Below the pieces are notes generated by a model. It ran no database searches. It saw only the letters and a program-made list of their open reading frames with translations, and had not been told where the DNA came from. Positions 42,965 through 58,744 of a stretch of DNA of 64,000 nt are shown here, one piece after another. Position 1 is the stretch's first letter. Each line of letters begins with the position of its first letter. Source of the stretch: Octopus sinensis (lineage: Eukaryota); assembly GCF_006345805.1 (NCBI RefSeq), contig NC_043007.1:29574001-29638000 (forward strand). The letters run 5' to 3'. The position numbers and the translations under genes were made by a program.

Positions 42965-43060
<96 letters not shown>

Positions 43061-43529
43061 ACTGACAGACAGACAGATTGACATTATTTCAAAATGTTTC
43101 TCGGGGAATTCTAACTCTTGAAAATGTCTTAAAGCAGACAACAGTTTCAATATTAACGACTAACGGTTTCACAAGACATTCTCGATAAACTGTTGGAGGT
43201 GTAGATAACTGTTCAGGCCGTTATCATCCATAAATAATCCATCACATACATACAGGTATATATGTATATGCATACATACAAACACATACAGGTAAGAGTG
43301 CGTGTATATACATACTGGGCCGCTGAACTCAACATGTTCTTTTCATTCTCTCTTTGTTTATTTCATCTTATTCCTTTCTGTTGAAGAGCGTGGGCTCGAA
43401 ATATAAAAGACCTGTTCATGTATCCTGAGCATCAAACAAATACACTTGCTTGTTGTTCATATACATGCCTTCGTCTTTTGTTTTTCTATAAATTTCAACT
43501 ATATGTATGTATGTATATATACATACATA

Positions 43530-44060
43530 CAAGGTGTCATCATACCACTTTTTTCCTCCTTTGTACGGCCACACCTTGAATACTGCTGCCCACTGTGGTC
43601 TCCTCACACAAGACAAAACATCTCCAGAATTGAGTCACCCCAGAGGGCTCTCACTAAACAAATTGAAGGCATGGCTGCTCTCGATTATTGGGATCGCCTT
43701 AAAGCCTTGAAACATTACTCCCTCCAGCGTCGCCGCGAGCGGTACATCATTTGTACGATGTGGAAAATATACCGCCAACGTTGCCCAAACGACCTAAACA
43801 TTAGCTTCAAGGTTCATCCAAGACTTGGACCACGGGCTATACGTCCCCTGCCAAGTTCAAGATCACAACATACATGTACACTGCAACATAATTTCTTTTC
43901 CTCAACAGGCCCTGCCCTATTTAACATTGTCCTGAAAGAGATCAAAGAGGAAAAGGATCCCATCAACTTTAAACAGAGTCTGGATAGATTCCTTCAAAGA
44001 ATACCAGATAAGCCACCCATAATTGGATACAGCTCACCCAACAAGAACTCACTACTTGAA
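43530..44060 (+). pseudogene. CR1-group LINE, 5'-truncated ORF2 C-terminus
   Basis: VRPHLEYCCPLWSP...QRALTKQIEGM..LDYWDRLKALKHYSLQRRRERY is the characteristic post-RT region of CR1/L2-group LINEs. Confidence 0.85.
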
Positions 44061-44205
44061 CAAAACTGGATACAACTCACCCAACAAGAACTCACTACTT
44101 GAACAAAACTTGACTTAAACAGGATTCGAATAATCCTATCAGGTGGTGCTATTAAGTCAGACATGGCCTGGACCAATCTTGGTCGAAACATATAAGTTTA
44201 TCTAA

Positions 44206-44246
<41 letters not shown>

Positions 44247-44439
44247 TATATATATATACATATATATGTGGTGTGGTGGATATATATATATATATAATAT
44301 ATATATATATATGGTATATATAGATATATATATATACATACATACATATACTATATATCTATATATATACATATATATATGTATGTATATAAAATCCTTT
44401 TATAACTCTGAAAGACCTTAAAACCAATTTCACGTAAAA

Positions 44440-45130
44440 TCCTAGCTGTAGATTAATAAATCCCATATAAAGTGAAATAGGAATTGGTATTAGATAATAT
44501 TATGCGACATATCAAAGCACACTCAAATCTTACTCAATGGCTATGCAGTGGTGCAACTATTAAATGGTTTAAGAAAATAGAAGATAAACTCAAATGCCTG
44601 TTCATACAATTCTACATCATAGAGTTCTACCCCTCGATCTCCAAAAGTTTGCTTCAGAAGGCGCTTGAATTCAGCAAGACATGTCACTATAACAAATACC
44701 GATGTAGACATAATTATAAACGCAAGGAAGTCATTAGTCTTTCATGATAATTCCTATTGGGTTAAGAAGAATGGAGATGGGTTATAAGGAAAGAAATTAT
44801 GAGAAATATTTAGCCAATTAGGCCGAAGAACCACAATTAGGAGAAACTTTAAGGAAGTCAACTTCCTGGACATCAACATGAATCTTACCACAGGAAACTT
44901 TAAACCCTGCCACAAAGAAAACGAGGAAGCCTCGTACATAGACATAGGTCCCAGCCACCAGCGGTAATTAAACAAATAGTTAACAACATTGGCAACTAAG
45001 TCCCCAATTTATCCGTCGACAAAGATACTTTTGAAAAAGCCGTTCCATATTGTGATGCTGCATTAGGAAGGTCCAACATTAAGCATAGCACACACTACAT
45101 TGAGCCAAATATAAATAGACCAAGAAGACG
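44440..45130 (+). pseudogene. Second PLE-lineage reverse transcriptase remnant with internal deletion
   Basis: Translation includes TQW...IKWFKKIEDK...FIQFYIIEFYPSISKSLLQKALEF, RKSLVFHDNSYWVKK, VNFLDINMNLTTGNFKP, SH..VIKQI and FEKAVPY..AL, with stops and frameshifts. Confidence 0.75.
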
Positions 45131-45272
45131 CTGACTCGAAAATCTCAAACATTCATTGTTTCATTCACGCGAATTTACGAGAAATCGCGCGAAGGAAGCG
45201 AGACAGTTTTCCGAAATGGAGGCGAACAACTTTATCGATGTGACCGGCTTGAAGAAATTTTAAGGCACTAGG

Positions 45273-45354
<82 letters not shown>

Positions 45355-45949
45355 ATGTATGCATATATATACAACATATTTATCTATTCCGAATACGTTC
45401 TGGTAAATTCTAATGTGTAGTTGATTTATGCGTAAAAAGGAATTTGAGACACTGCGGTGTTTCGGCCTTATTGTATGTCTCCCCAGTCATAACTACACTA
45501 CCGGATCAATGTGTCTAACAAAAGCTTTATGTGTTTGCATCGTCCATTTACTCAACTCCTATAAAAATATAACACAAGCGAATGCATATTAAAATGGCTA
45601 TTTCTATACACTCACCTAATGGTAGCTGTCGTATCTTACATTGTTTTCATCAATGAAAGAACAGCTACATTTAGCGAAATCGTTTCATTCCTACAAACTC
45701 TGTGTGTGGTGGTGGTGGTGGTGGTGGGGTATCTAGATACATTTATTTGCCTATTTTTTGAACAGTTTGTCATAATTCCGATTTGCTCCAGCTTGGTATG
45801 TTTTATTAAACATTTTTTTTCATATTACCTTAAGAGTTCTTTACAATTTGCATGGTACCTTACATACATATACATTATCATAATACATACATACATACAT
45901 ACATACATACATACATACATACATACATCATACAATATACATGCATATA

Positions 45950-45992
<43 letters not shown>

Positions 45993-46338
45993 ATTATATA
46001 TGGAGAGTTTACGAAAAAAACAAAAGACGAAGACAGGTGGTGTGCAAAACAAACAGGTTGTATTAGTATAACGCTCAGGAATAGAAAAAGTATTTTACGT
46101 TTCGAGCCTATGTGTGTGTATGTGTGTATATATGTTATGTACGTTTGAATATGCATGTCGGTCTATTGCTGTTCTTCAAGAAATGTGAATTCTTGTGAAC
46201 CAAATTCTCTTATTTGCTTATAGTTCTGAATCCACTTAGTTTATATTGATGGTATTACTGTGGTCATGATGATGATGGTCATCGTCATCTTCATCACCAT
46301 TCCCTTGGCCATCTTCCTCCTCTTCTTTCTCATCGTCA

Positions 46339-46369
<31 letters not shown>

Positions 46370-47493
46370 CGTCATCTTCATCATCATCAACAACAAATCT
46401 GTTTCTTATATTCTATATTCTATTTCTGAACATTACAATTCGTTATACAATTTCGTCCACATTATCATTTGCTTGGCTTCCTGTATTCCGCTTCATTATG
46501 CCAGGTTTGTTTGTTTGTTTTGTTTTGTTTTGTTTGTTTGTTTCTATGTGTGGTGGGTGAGGTTGTATATGTTTTTATTTTTGAACCTGTGTCTCTGTAT
46601 TTCGGTTGGAGTGCGTACTATTTTGAATGTGTGTGTGCGACTATATCTCTCTCTATATATATATTATATGTCTCTCTAGCCTATTAAATTTTAGGTCACT
46701 ATCTGCCGTAATCTGTGTGTGTGTGTGCGTGTAGCTTTTAGTGTCCATGTAAACATGTATAAGTGTATCAGGATGTGTATGTGCTTGACGCTGTATAAAG
46801 ACTATGTTTGTTTCTTTTCTCTGTGTGTATGTGTGTGTGTTGTGTGTGAGTGTGTGTGTGTGAGTGTGTGTGTGTGAGTGTGTGTGTGTGAGTGTGTGTG
46901 TGTGTGTACAGAGATTATTTCTAGTTTATTAACCTGGATGTGTTTTTATGTGGCTTGCCTTAATTGATTCTATATTGCGCCTCTGGTATTATGTACGCAT
47001 GTACGTATACACACACACATTCACACAAACGCACGCACACACATATACCTCTGTGTCTATGTGTGTGTGTGTGTGTGTGTACACTTACATTCACACGTAC
47101 ACACACAACCATACATACACGGCTTCGACTAAATTAACAACCTCCTTGCTGAAATGAAATGACATTTAATGGCGGACTAATCAACCGTTCACTGCAGCGA
47201 CGATGGCCACCACCAGTTGTTCTTATGACAGAGAGAAAAAACAATAATCCGTCAAAATTTGAAAAATTTCCAAGTTATACGCTTTGTCGTATATTTACAC
47301 ACACACGCACGCACACACGCACACACGCACACACTCCCACACGCACCCCACACAGAATTATTTGCAGTATCCAATTGAATCGGGGTATTTTAATAATAAG
47401 GACTCCAAGGGAGGGTCGAGGAAAGCATATCCGTGGATATATGGACGCTCACGAATATATTAATGTATATACAGACTTATCTTACCATTTACA

Positions 47494-48394
47494 TATGTGG
47501 TCTGATCAATAAGTATCCGGACTGTTGCCATAGTAAGGAAGTTAAAGCACGCTTGGCACAGAGTCACCTTAAACTCTGCTGTGCATGCGCACTAAGGTTT
47601 AACGTCCTAGTTCACTTCCGTCGTTTACAGCAGTACTTGGAAGGAAAGTGTGTAGCGTGTAATCTTCACATTAAACATGACAGAAAGTTGAGCTGAGAAT
47701 TTGCATCGAATTTTGCCAAAATCTTGGTGATACCTGCTCAGTGGCCTATGCAAAGTTTTCAAAAAGTTTTCATCGTTCTTGACACAATTAAGGAGATCTT
47801 GTGCAGCTAAACCCCGAGTGTCTTTTGTTCAGCTGAAAGCAGTTTTGGCACAAACTTGGCAGACACACGACTCATACTCAAATCTTCAGTGATAATGGAC
47901 TGAACTGAACCGTAACTAATCTGCACATCCTCTGATAACTCATTGATGGTGATTCAACGATTTCCCCTCACAGCAGCACGTACAACTGCGATGTTTTTTT
48001 TCTCAGTTCTGCTGGTTGCAGGTCTCCCAGAACGTACGTTAATATCGACATTTTTTTGGCCATTTTGGAAACGTCTGAACCGCTCGTACACTTGTGTGCG
48101 GCTCATACACTCCTCTCCATACACTCCGCTCCATACACTTTCTGTAACGCTATGTAGGCCTCTGAGCAGGTATCGTCATACACAACTTTCTCTGTCATGT
48201 TCAATGCGACGATCACACGCTACACACGTTCCTTCCAAGCACTGCTGTAAACAGCAGAATTGAGGTAGAGTGTTAAAACTTAGTGTGCATGCACAACAAA
48301 GTTCAAGGTCAATCTTTGTTAAGCAGCTTCACTCTGCATGCTTTAGCTTCGTTACTATGACAACAGTCCGGATACTTATTGATCAGACCTCGTA
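47494..48394. mobile_element. Non-autonomous mariner element with TIRs, composed of two inverted 5' ends
   Basis: TIR ggtctgatcaataagtatccggactgttg / caacagtccggatacttattgatcagacctcgta with terminal TA. Transposase N-terminus is on plus (MTEKVELRICIEFCQNLGD) and on minus (MSRTQVYERFRRF...RSGRP...ITINELSE...SRVSAKFVPKLL). Confidence 0.85.
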
Positions 48395-48458
48395 CACATG
48401 CATGAAAAGATCAATATACACACGAACAGATCAATACAAATGAATATATGTGCCTGTG

Positions 48459-48517
<59 letters not shown>

Positions 48518-49275
48518 TGCGTGTGTATGACAGTGTCTGTATAAGATCACCTACAGACGTTCTCTGATTTGCAGTTTCACAGTCCACTTTAAGTTCCAGA
48601 TTCACTGTAAGGAAGGTTACAGATACATTGTAAAATAAGGTGGAATATAAATAGGTTAAGTTTCACCACAGCAGTTTCGAGCACGTTTTTATTGTTGAAC
48701 AAATGAATTACGTCATGAAAAATGCGTTTTCTTCAGGTGAATAAAAGCCCATACTTTAATATTTAGGATTTGACATAACTCGGCTATCAGCAGCTAGTAA
48801 CCAAACAGGTAATAGGATGAAATACACTAACTTCCGCATAATTTCCCAAACAAACACCATCCAACTAAGGTCAAATATTGATCGCTTCAAACTAACAACT
48901 GCAAATGCAAGCGGTATGGATTACTTCCTTTGAGTGTTAAAAGTATGTTGTGCAGGTGCTATGGGTAATTTCCCTTGAATGTTTTAAAAAACATTAGTTA
49001 TATGAGGTAGATATAAAGACCCCTTCCAGGGGCCGTATTATCGATTTTTTCAACAATCTCAGTATGACACAAGGTTTCCAGACATGAGTTCTACTCACGT
49101 GTCTAATTTCATCAAAATCAATAAAGCAATGTAGGAGGTGTTAACTAACAACGCCACAAACAAACACACACCGATTTTCCACATATGTTGTAGATAAAAT
49201 CTCGTCAACGGAGCTTTTACCCGCATACAGAAGCACGCATACACTCATCCAAATAACATACGCATATATACACAG

Positions 49276-49328
<53 letters not shown>

Positions 49329-49640
49329 ATATTTGCATATAAATGAAGATATGCATATGTACCCACCAACATACATAACAACATATACACATATACTCTC
49401 AAAATAGAAATAATACAATTGTAATTAATATAATTAATATAATTATGATTAACATAACATAACTCAATAGAAAATAGAAAATATAAGAGTTAAAGGACAT
49501 ATTAAGTTTGAGTTTGAGAATCATAGAACTTCTAAGGGAGGTAAGTGAGGATAATAAAAAAATCCATAGAAGTAAGTTATAAACGTATATATGTATATAA
49601 ACACACACATATACAATATAAACATATACATATATATACG

Positions 49641-49965
49641 TGGAGGCGCAATGGCCCAGTGGTTAGGGCAGCGGACTCGCAGTCGTAGGATCGCGAAAAC
49701 ACCTAAAGTTCCACGAGGCTCCAGCAAGGGGTGTTGGCGAACCCTGATGTACTCTTTCACCACAACTTTCTCCCATTCTTTCTTCCTGTTTCAAAGGGCC
49801 AGCCTTGTCACACTCTGTGTCACGCTGAATCTCCCCCAAGAACTACATTAAGGCTACGCGTGTCTGTGGAGTGCTCAGCCACTTACACGTTAATTTCACG
49901 AGCAGGCTGTTCCGTTGATCAGATAAACTGGAACCCTCGTCGTCGTAACCGACGGAGTGCCACGA
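49641..49965 (+). mobile_element. tRNA-derived SINE family C, with internal deletion near the B box
   Basis: Head ggaggcgcaatggcccagtggttagggcagcggactc (A-box-like), GC-rich body, and (AC)n tail. Confidence 0.65.
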
Positions 49966-50254
49966 TCTACACACACACACACACACACATATATGTATAC
50001 ATATATATACATAATCCTAATACAACCAAGAAAAAGTAAGTTAAGTTCGAAGTGAGGTCATACACTGTATCACAATTATATCACGCAATACAGTATTACC
50101 GACGGTACAAATTGGGGTGTGTCACTAGTGTATGTCATCAACGGCAAACATAGGTACACTATTTGTCAAAGAATTACAGACTAAATTCAATTACCATGAA
50201 AGAAATATACTTTTCTATTCTAGGCACAAGCCCCGAAATATTTTGGGAGGGCAC

Positions 50255-50385
50255 CAGCCGATTAGATCGACACCAGTACGCAACTGGTACTTAATTTTTC
50301 GACCCCGAAAGGGTCAAAGGTAAAGTTGACCTCGGCAGAAAGTTGACAGACGAAATACCACTAAGCATTTCTCCCGGCTTGCTGC
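50255..50385 (-). mobile_element. SINE family A partial copy
   Basis: actggtacttaatttttcgaccccgaaaggg...gacgaaataccactaagcattt. Confidence 0.75.
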
Positions 50386-51920
50386 CTTTCCATGAAAGAA
50401 ATATAGCCAGGGACCAGTAGGCATTATGTAACCAGTTTAAAGTAAGAAGTTCAGGCGTTTTATTTAGTAGGTTACCCTGATATTTTAATATTTCACGTAG
50501 TTCAGTACAACGTAGTCTGCTCCTATACTTGTTATGTGACTACGGCGAGGTTTTCCTAACAATACTGCGGACAATTTCAAACTGGGTATTTCCGTCCTTT
50601 CATTGTCACAGTTTTTTAGCCAGTGACATGACGTTGGTTCTATTATGATGCCAAAACAAATGAAAAATGATGATGTAAGCTGGATTTGAAGTCAAAAGAA
50701 GTTGAGCTAATATAGGTAAAGGTGTTAGCGCTGGTTGTTACACCCCGCCTACAAGCAATATTATTAGTTAGAAATGTCCCTTTAATGCGTTTAATATGTA
50801 AATCGGTCTATCCAGTAACTTTACACCGCTATCTGTGGTGGCTATTTAAGCAATGAGAAAGATTAATGGGTTAGATGGGTGCTGATGAAGGGCGAAATCC
50901 CACGAAGTATGGTATTTACGCCTGTTAACTATTCTACATCTTCGATCTCATTGTTTGTTTATATCTTGCGTTTCGTATACGAAACGATGTCTCAAAAATC
51001 ATTACTGGTTATAATTTCTATAGAATATCTGTTTCAAATAAACTTAACAAATTAAGAAAGATAGAAACATACACAAACTTGTGTAAATGTGTTTTACTGA
51101 CCTAGAATGTATCTAAAGTCACATACATGCACACACGCACACATACATACACGCACACATACATACATGCACACATACATACATACATACATACATACAT
51201 ACATACATACATACATACGTACATTCATACATACATACATACATACATACGTACATACATACGTACATACATATGTACACCCACACACATATATATACGA
51301 GCATGTATTTGTATTTGTGTGTGTGTGTGTATCTAATATGAATATTTATATTCGTTTAAATGCGTGTGTATGGAGAGGGAGAGAGATGCACGTACATACG
51401 TACTATACATATTTTTATGTCTGCGTGCTTACACACAGACTCAGACACGCACGCACACGCACACACACACGCGCACACACACGCACACACACCACACGCA
51501 CACACACACACACATACACACACACAACCGTTCTAAAGATAAATAAATGTCAAATCAGATTCAGTGATAGTGAAATGTCGTCTATTCTTATACTCCCCCC
51601 CATCCATGAATATTAATAATCTTTCTTATATTGTCTATTGTATTTCTTGTGTTGATTTGGTGGTATTGGTGTTAATAATAATAATAATAATAATAATAAC
51701 AATAATAAGGATAATACTAGTGATGATGATGATGGTAATAATAATAATAATAATAATAAAAATATGCTTCGTAACGTTTTCGTGATGAGTTTTTAGGTTC
51801 TTCTCCACCACCACCGCCATTGCCTTCTGCTGACTTCCGGTTTCATTATCTTTTCGATTTCTTCATCGGACTTCACTTTGTCACCTACTTCAGTGGTTGC
51901 AATTTCCCATCCCTCTCTTT

Positions 51921-51960
<40 letters not shown>

Positions 51961-52304
51961 GTAAGTGATTCTAATTAGCGACTACATTAGGAGAAATGTG
52001 CTTGTGTGTGTGTGTGTGTGTGTGTGTGTGCATGTGTGTGCGCTCGTGTGTGCGCTTCCCGTTTGCTTCGCGCCATATTGTTTCTCCACTTCGTCTAATC
52101 ATACATCTTGTATTAAATCGATGATAGGACAGCTAATCTACTCTGTATATTCACTAATCAATCACTTCCTGTGTGTCTGGACAACACTGCATTCATTTCC
52201 CCACCAAACACACCAAACCACTCAAACGACTTCTCTCCCATGTATTTCCGTTTATCTTACTTTGCCTCTCTTCATTCTACTCAACGTTGCATCAGAAACT
52301 ATTT

Positions 52305-52680
52305 AAGCTGTGGTTGTGTGGTAAGAAGTTTACTCCCCAACCTCATGGTTTCGGGTTCGGTCCCATTGTGTTGCACCTTTGGCAAGTGTCTTCTATCATA
52401 TCCTCGGGTAGATCAAAGCCTTGTGAGAAGATTTCATAGACGAAAACTGAAAGAAGCCCGTCGTTTATGTGTGTGTGTGTGTGTATTAGTGTCTGTATCC
52501 TTCACCGCTTGGCAACCGGTGTTAGTGCATTTACGTCCCCGTAAGTTAGCAGTTGAGCAAAACTGACCAATAGAATAAGTACCAGGCTAAAAGAAAAGAG
52601 TACTGGGGTCGATTCTTTCGACAAAATATTCTTGAAGGCGGTGCCCCAGCATGGCCGCAGTCTAATGACTGAAACAAGTA
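52305..52680 (+). mobile_element. SINE family B, full length (tRNA-like head)
   Basis: tggttgtgtggtaagaag...gggttcggtccca (A/B-box-like) through ccccagcatggccgcagtctaatgactgaaacaagtaaaa. Confidence 0.85.
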
Positions 52681-53091
52681 AAAGTCAGAAGATCAGAGAT
52701 AAAGCTAAACCATCCTACCACCAAAGATGCCATAGATTGGCGGCAAACCGAGATCAGGGTTCCTCATCTCTTGGGTCCTTCATCCAAAAGTCGTTTCTAC
52801 CTGAAATACTTCGTTAACCATTGTTACACGGTCCCACTTAACATGCTCCGTGACGATTGAATCGGTTTGTCCGTAGCTTTTCATTGTTTTGTTGGTTTAG
52901 GCCATTGGTCTGCAGCCAGACAGAAGCATCAGCTTCATAGATCTTGGCGATGTATGTGTGGGTGGGTGTGTGCGTGCGGTTTGTGCATCTGTTCCTTTTA
53001 ATAAAACTGAAACTAAGTTTCTCTCGTGACTTGAGTTTCGTGCACTTTTCTCTTTAAACCAGAACATGATATACATACATACATACGTACA

Positions 53092-53146
<55 letters not shown>

Positions 53147-53219
53147 TACATATATATATTTATTTGTTTAATATATATATGTATGTATATATATATGTAT
53201 ATATATATATATATATATA

Positions 53220-53292
<73 letters not shown>

Positions 53293-53297
53293 AACTG

Positions 53298-54740
<1,443 letters not shown>

Positions 54741-54984
54741 ATTGCAGCGACCTGTTCACTGACAAAATTCCGTGCTACATCTCATTTAACAAGTCGGGGT
54801 CTCAAAGAGATGAAAATAATTTGGCAAATTAAATTCAATATTGAAGTGAATCTAACGGTTTTTGTGTATTTTTAGATGGCTTATAAACACCTTCCACGCT
54901 GCAATTTTTTCCGTTCCAGCACACGATCTTATCTGTACACTTGCTATGCAAGTACATCTCCGTAATATATGCATGCATACATAT

Positions 54985-55081
<97 letters not shown>

Positions 55082-56874
55082 ATATATGTATGTATATATA
55101 TATATATTCTCAAGGAGAATATATTGCTGTCGTCTCCTCATATTCTGGTTTAATCCCAGGCTAAGAATAAAGCTGGTCTATGATCAAAGACTACCATGAC
55201 TATTCATATTTTAGTAGGTACGTATCCCAATATTACCTATTGTAGCCTTTCCATTTTCGAGAGAATGGAGTGTGATTTGATGACGTGTTGGTTACTATCT
55301 CTAGCATGTCGAGTATCTACATCGACGCTTCCTCATTGACTCATGTTGCTGTTGTAGTTGTTATTGGTGGTGGGGGGGTGATGGTGCTGCTATTGTTGTA
55401 GCTGTTATTGTCCCCGTTATTTATCCTGTTGTTGTTATTGTTATTATCACTGTTTGTTAATCTTCGTCCATAACCACCATCCATCTTCTCGCTACACCCC
55501 TTCCTCACCTCCCACTACTGCCATCTGACATCTTACATATGCTTCAACGAATTTTTCCGCCATTTTATGACACTTTACATTTGTCATCTTAATTATTATT
55601 CGCTGTCTTTCCATTTGACTGTTGCAGTTGTTGTTCTTGTTCTTGGAACTCTTTTTATTGCTCTTCTTGTTGTTACTGTGGTAGTTGTTGTTGTTGTGGT
55701 GATGTATATAGTTATTGTTGTCGGTTATTGTGATGATGTTTCTTTATTGCCGTTATTCTTGGTCGTTTTATTGTTCTTATTTTGCTGTGATTTATGTTTT
55801 TTTTCTATATCGTTCTCTCTTTTTAAGCGTGTGCAGCATTATATATGTTACCGTAACTGCTATTGTTGCTATTGTGCGTGTCATTGATGCGGTTGTAGTT
55901 GCTGTTGTTTAACCCCATCTTAGCCTTGATCCAGCAGCCCTTTGTCCAAAGACATCCCAACCATGGCCACTAAGTCCTTTTCTATATATATCTAGGTCTA
56001 CACTATCTTGAAGAACCTGCCTACTTTGTATGGATAATAATTACAAAATATTCACAAGCATTCCAAAAATAAACTGCACGACTGGAAACGTTTTGTACGA
56101 TATGAAATGCTTGGAGAAGTAATGGAAGGCCAACACCACAGCCTATAAAGGAAAGACATCCCGTAGTTAACATGAAAAGATTGCAGTGCATTAGAGAGAG
56201 TAGAGTAAAAAGAAAAAAACACCAATACTCTATCAACATGCCATTCAAAAACACAATGGGTCAATAAAATATATTGAGTATACTTTTTAGACATTCAAAA
56301 GATCCAACTTAAGATAGATTACAGAAAGTATAGAAATGCAGATAGTAGACCGCCAACAGCGAAATTAATATGAAGACAGAGTATTGTAACAAACCTTCTT
56401 CCACTCTATTAATATTCCATCACCACAATAAGACAAGAATAAAGGTAAAATAAACTGAAAAATATCTGAAGTCAACCAATTCATACACACACAAACACAT
56501 AGAAATACAGATACATACGCATGGACTCTTACGTCGCAACAATAAAAAGAAGTAAAACGAATCTGCTAACGTCATTAACCGATGCTTTTACTGCAGAGAT
56601 TTAATATTAGAAAATTACTTCAAATCGAAATCTTTGAAAATATACACCCATTGCAAACGGGTCTATACAGGGTGGTGGAGTGAAAGGAAGGAATAAAACA
56701 TTTAGGGTATCTAAACAAACAATAGTAACCCCAATAATAAGTGTTTCAATATTTCTCTCCTTTATCCAAAGCTTTTGGTTGTTGAGAAAATTGACGAACA
56801 ACAAGATGTGAGTGGTTTTATACTTTTTCTTTTTTAGTTTTGTCGCTTACCAAATAAAATAATGACGATAGGTG

Positions 56875-57255
56875 CAGGCGTGGCTGTGTGGTAAGAAGTT
56901 CGCTTCCCAACCACATGTATCTGAGTTCAGTCCCATTGCATGAGTATCTTCTACTATAGCCTTGGGCCGACCAAAGCCTTGTGAGTGGATTTGGTAGACG
57001 GAAACTGAAAGAAGCCCGTTGTATACATTTATAAATCTGTGTGTGTGTGTCTTTGTGTCAGTGTTTGCCCCATATCACCACTTAAGAACTGGTGTTGGCG
57101 TGTTTACGTCCCCATAAATTAGTGGATCAGCAAAAGAGTCTCGATAGAATAAATACCAGGCTTTAAAAAATAAGTACCGGGTTGGTTCTAAAAATTCTTC
57201 AAGGCAGTGAGTGCCCCAGCATGGCCGCAGTCTAATGACTGAGGTGAAAGATAAA
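56875..57255 (+). mobile_element. SINE family B, full length
   Basis: gtgcaggcgtggctgtgtggtaagaag...gagttcagtccca through ccccagcatggccgcagtctaatgactga. Confidence 0.85.
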
Positions 57256-58744
57256 AGATAACAGTTATATATTACAATCATGTCATAACGTACTCTTATC
57301 AGTTATAGCAATAATGTATCTCTCTATATATGGATATATATGTGTAAATGTGCGTGAAAGTGTCCATCAGGAGATTCACCCGCTCTCCACATCACATCAA
57401 TGGCAAAAATGTGCTTTTCATATTCAAATTTATTTCAATTCTGATTCACGCTGTGTTGTGCATGGAACAGATATAAGTGATATTATTTTCCTGTTATATT
57501 TATGATATATTTTTGCTCTGTTCATGCATTCTAGCCTCTACCACAGTGGCTGCCACCCCGTGCAACAGAATTGGCATCCACACCTGTAGATTTAGAATTT
57601 CATACAATGTATTTAGCATCCACGCAAATAGTAATAATCAATTAAATGATGTCATGCGCAGCACAATGTAATGGAAACTTAGGTCAAAATCGAAATGCTT
57701 TCATCCTTCGGCAAATTTGAAATCAGCTGCTTGGAAAGTTCTCTATAATTCTTTATGGGAAAACAAAACAGTTTATGTCTGAACACCATAAACAAATTTA
57801 ATATCTGGCTGATATATTTATGTCTATCTGTGTCAAGATGTGGTAGAATTGATAATGTAGTAATCACATTGTTATTACAGCTAATTAGCATTTAGCTTTT
57901 CCTAAAATAAAAATAAAAATATAGCAAAATGGTTAAAATGCCGCAGGTGGTGATTTATTGTGTCTTATTAGGTGTTGTTACTGTCGACAAACAGCCAGCG
58001 TGGGCTTCAGTTTTGTCTTGGCTGTTTGTCAGCTGATTGTCATTATAAATTAAGTGTAATAATTTTGAATGCTGGCAACATTTACCGTAAATTATCGTAT
58101 TTTCATTAGATATTTGAAACCAGTTTTGTAAAGGGTACAAAAAGTATCCTCTTCTGCAATGCCTGGCTTTAATATGGGAGAAAGAACTGCCAAGCGAAGT
58201 TGTTTGTGGAAAAACTGACAAAGAATCGAACATATCAAAACAAAAAAAAGATCTTGTGTTTTAACAAACTAACATTTAAAAATATTTATTTAGACAAAAG
58301 TAGAAATATTTATAAATATAAATGAAATTACTTTGCAAACGGGAATAATAAACGATGTGATGGGGGATGCCAATTATACATGAATGAAAAAGAAATTAGA
58401 TAGAGAATGGTAACTGTTAAAGAATTAACTTATCGTTATCCTATAAATTATTTCACCAGAAAATTCTCGATTCTTCGAGAACATTAGTTTATCAAGTATG
58501 ACTGTTTCTGTTTGGTTATCAGACAGTTTGTGATAGTATTTGAGTACCCTTGAAACAAAGAACACAAAATTTTGAAATTTATTCAATAACCGCAGAGGAG
58601 AGAACATACAATAAATACGACACAATTCTGTTGAAACGTGGAATAATGGCGAACGTTACACTATGGTAAGTGTTTGAAATTCGAGATTCGAATCAGCTTC
58701 TTTACTTTCCTCTTTACTAATGCCAGGTATTTTGAGTGGATATT

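Noticed and set aside
49641-49700. tRNA gene
   Set aside because: Only an A-box-like 5' half is present and continues into a SINE body; no complete cloverleaf can be drawn.
50882-50915. CTGATGAAGGG..CCCACGAAG motif
   Set aside because: The core is incomplete (GAAG rather than GAAA) and no stem I complement was found.
57986-58030. 12-bp perfect hairpin GACAAACAGCCA/TGGCTGTTTGTC as a pre-miRNA
   Set aside because: The stem is too short and does not extend, and there is no supporting evidence.
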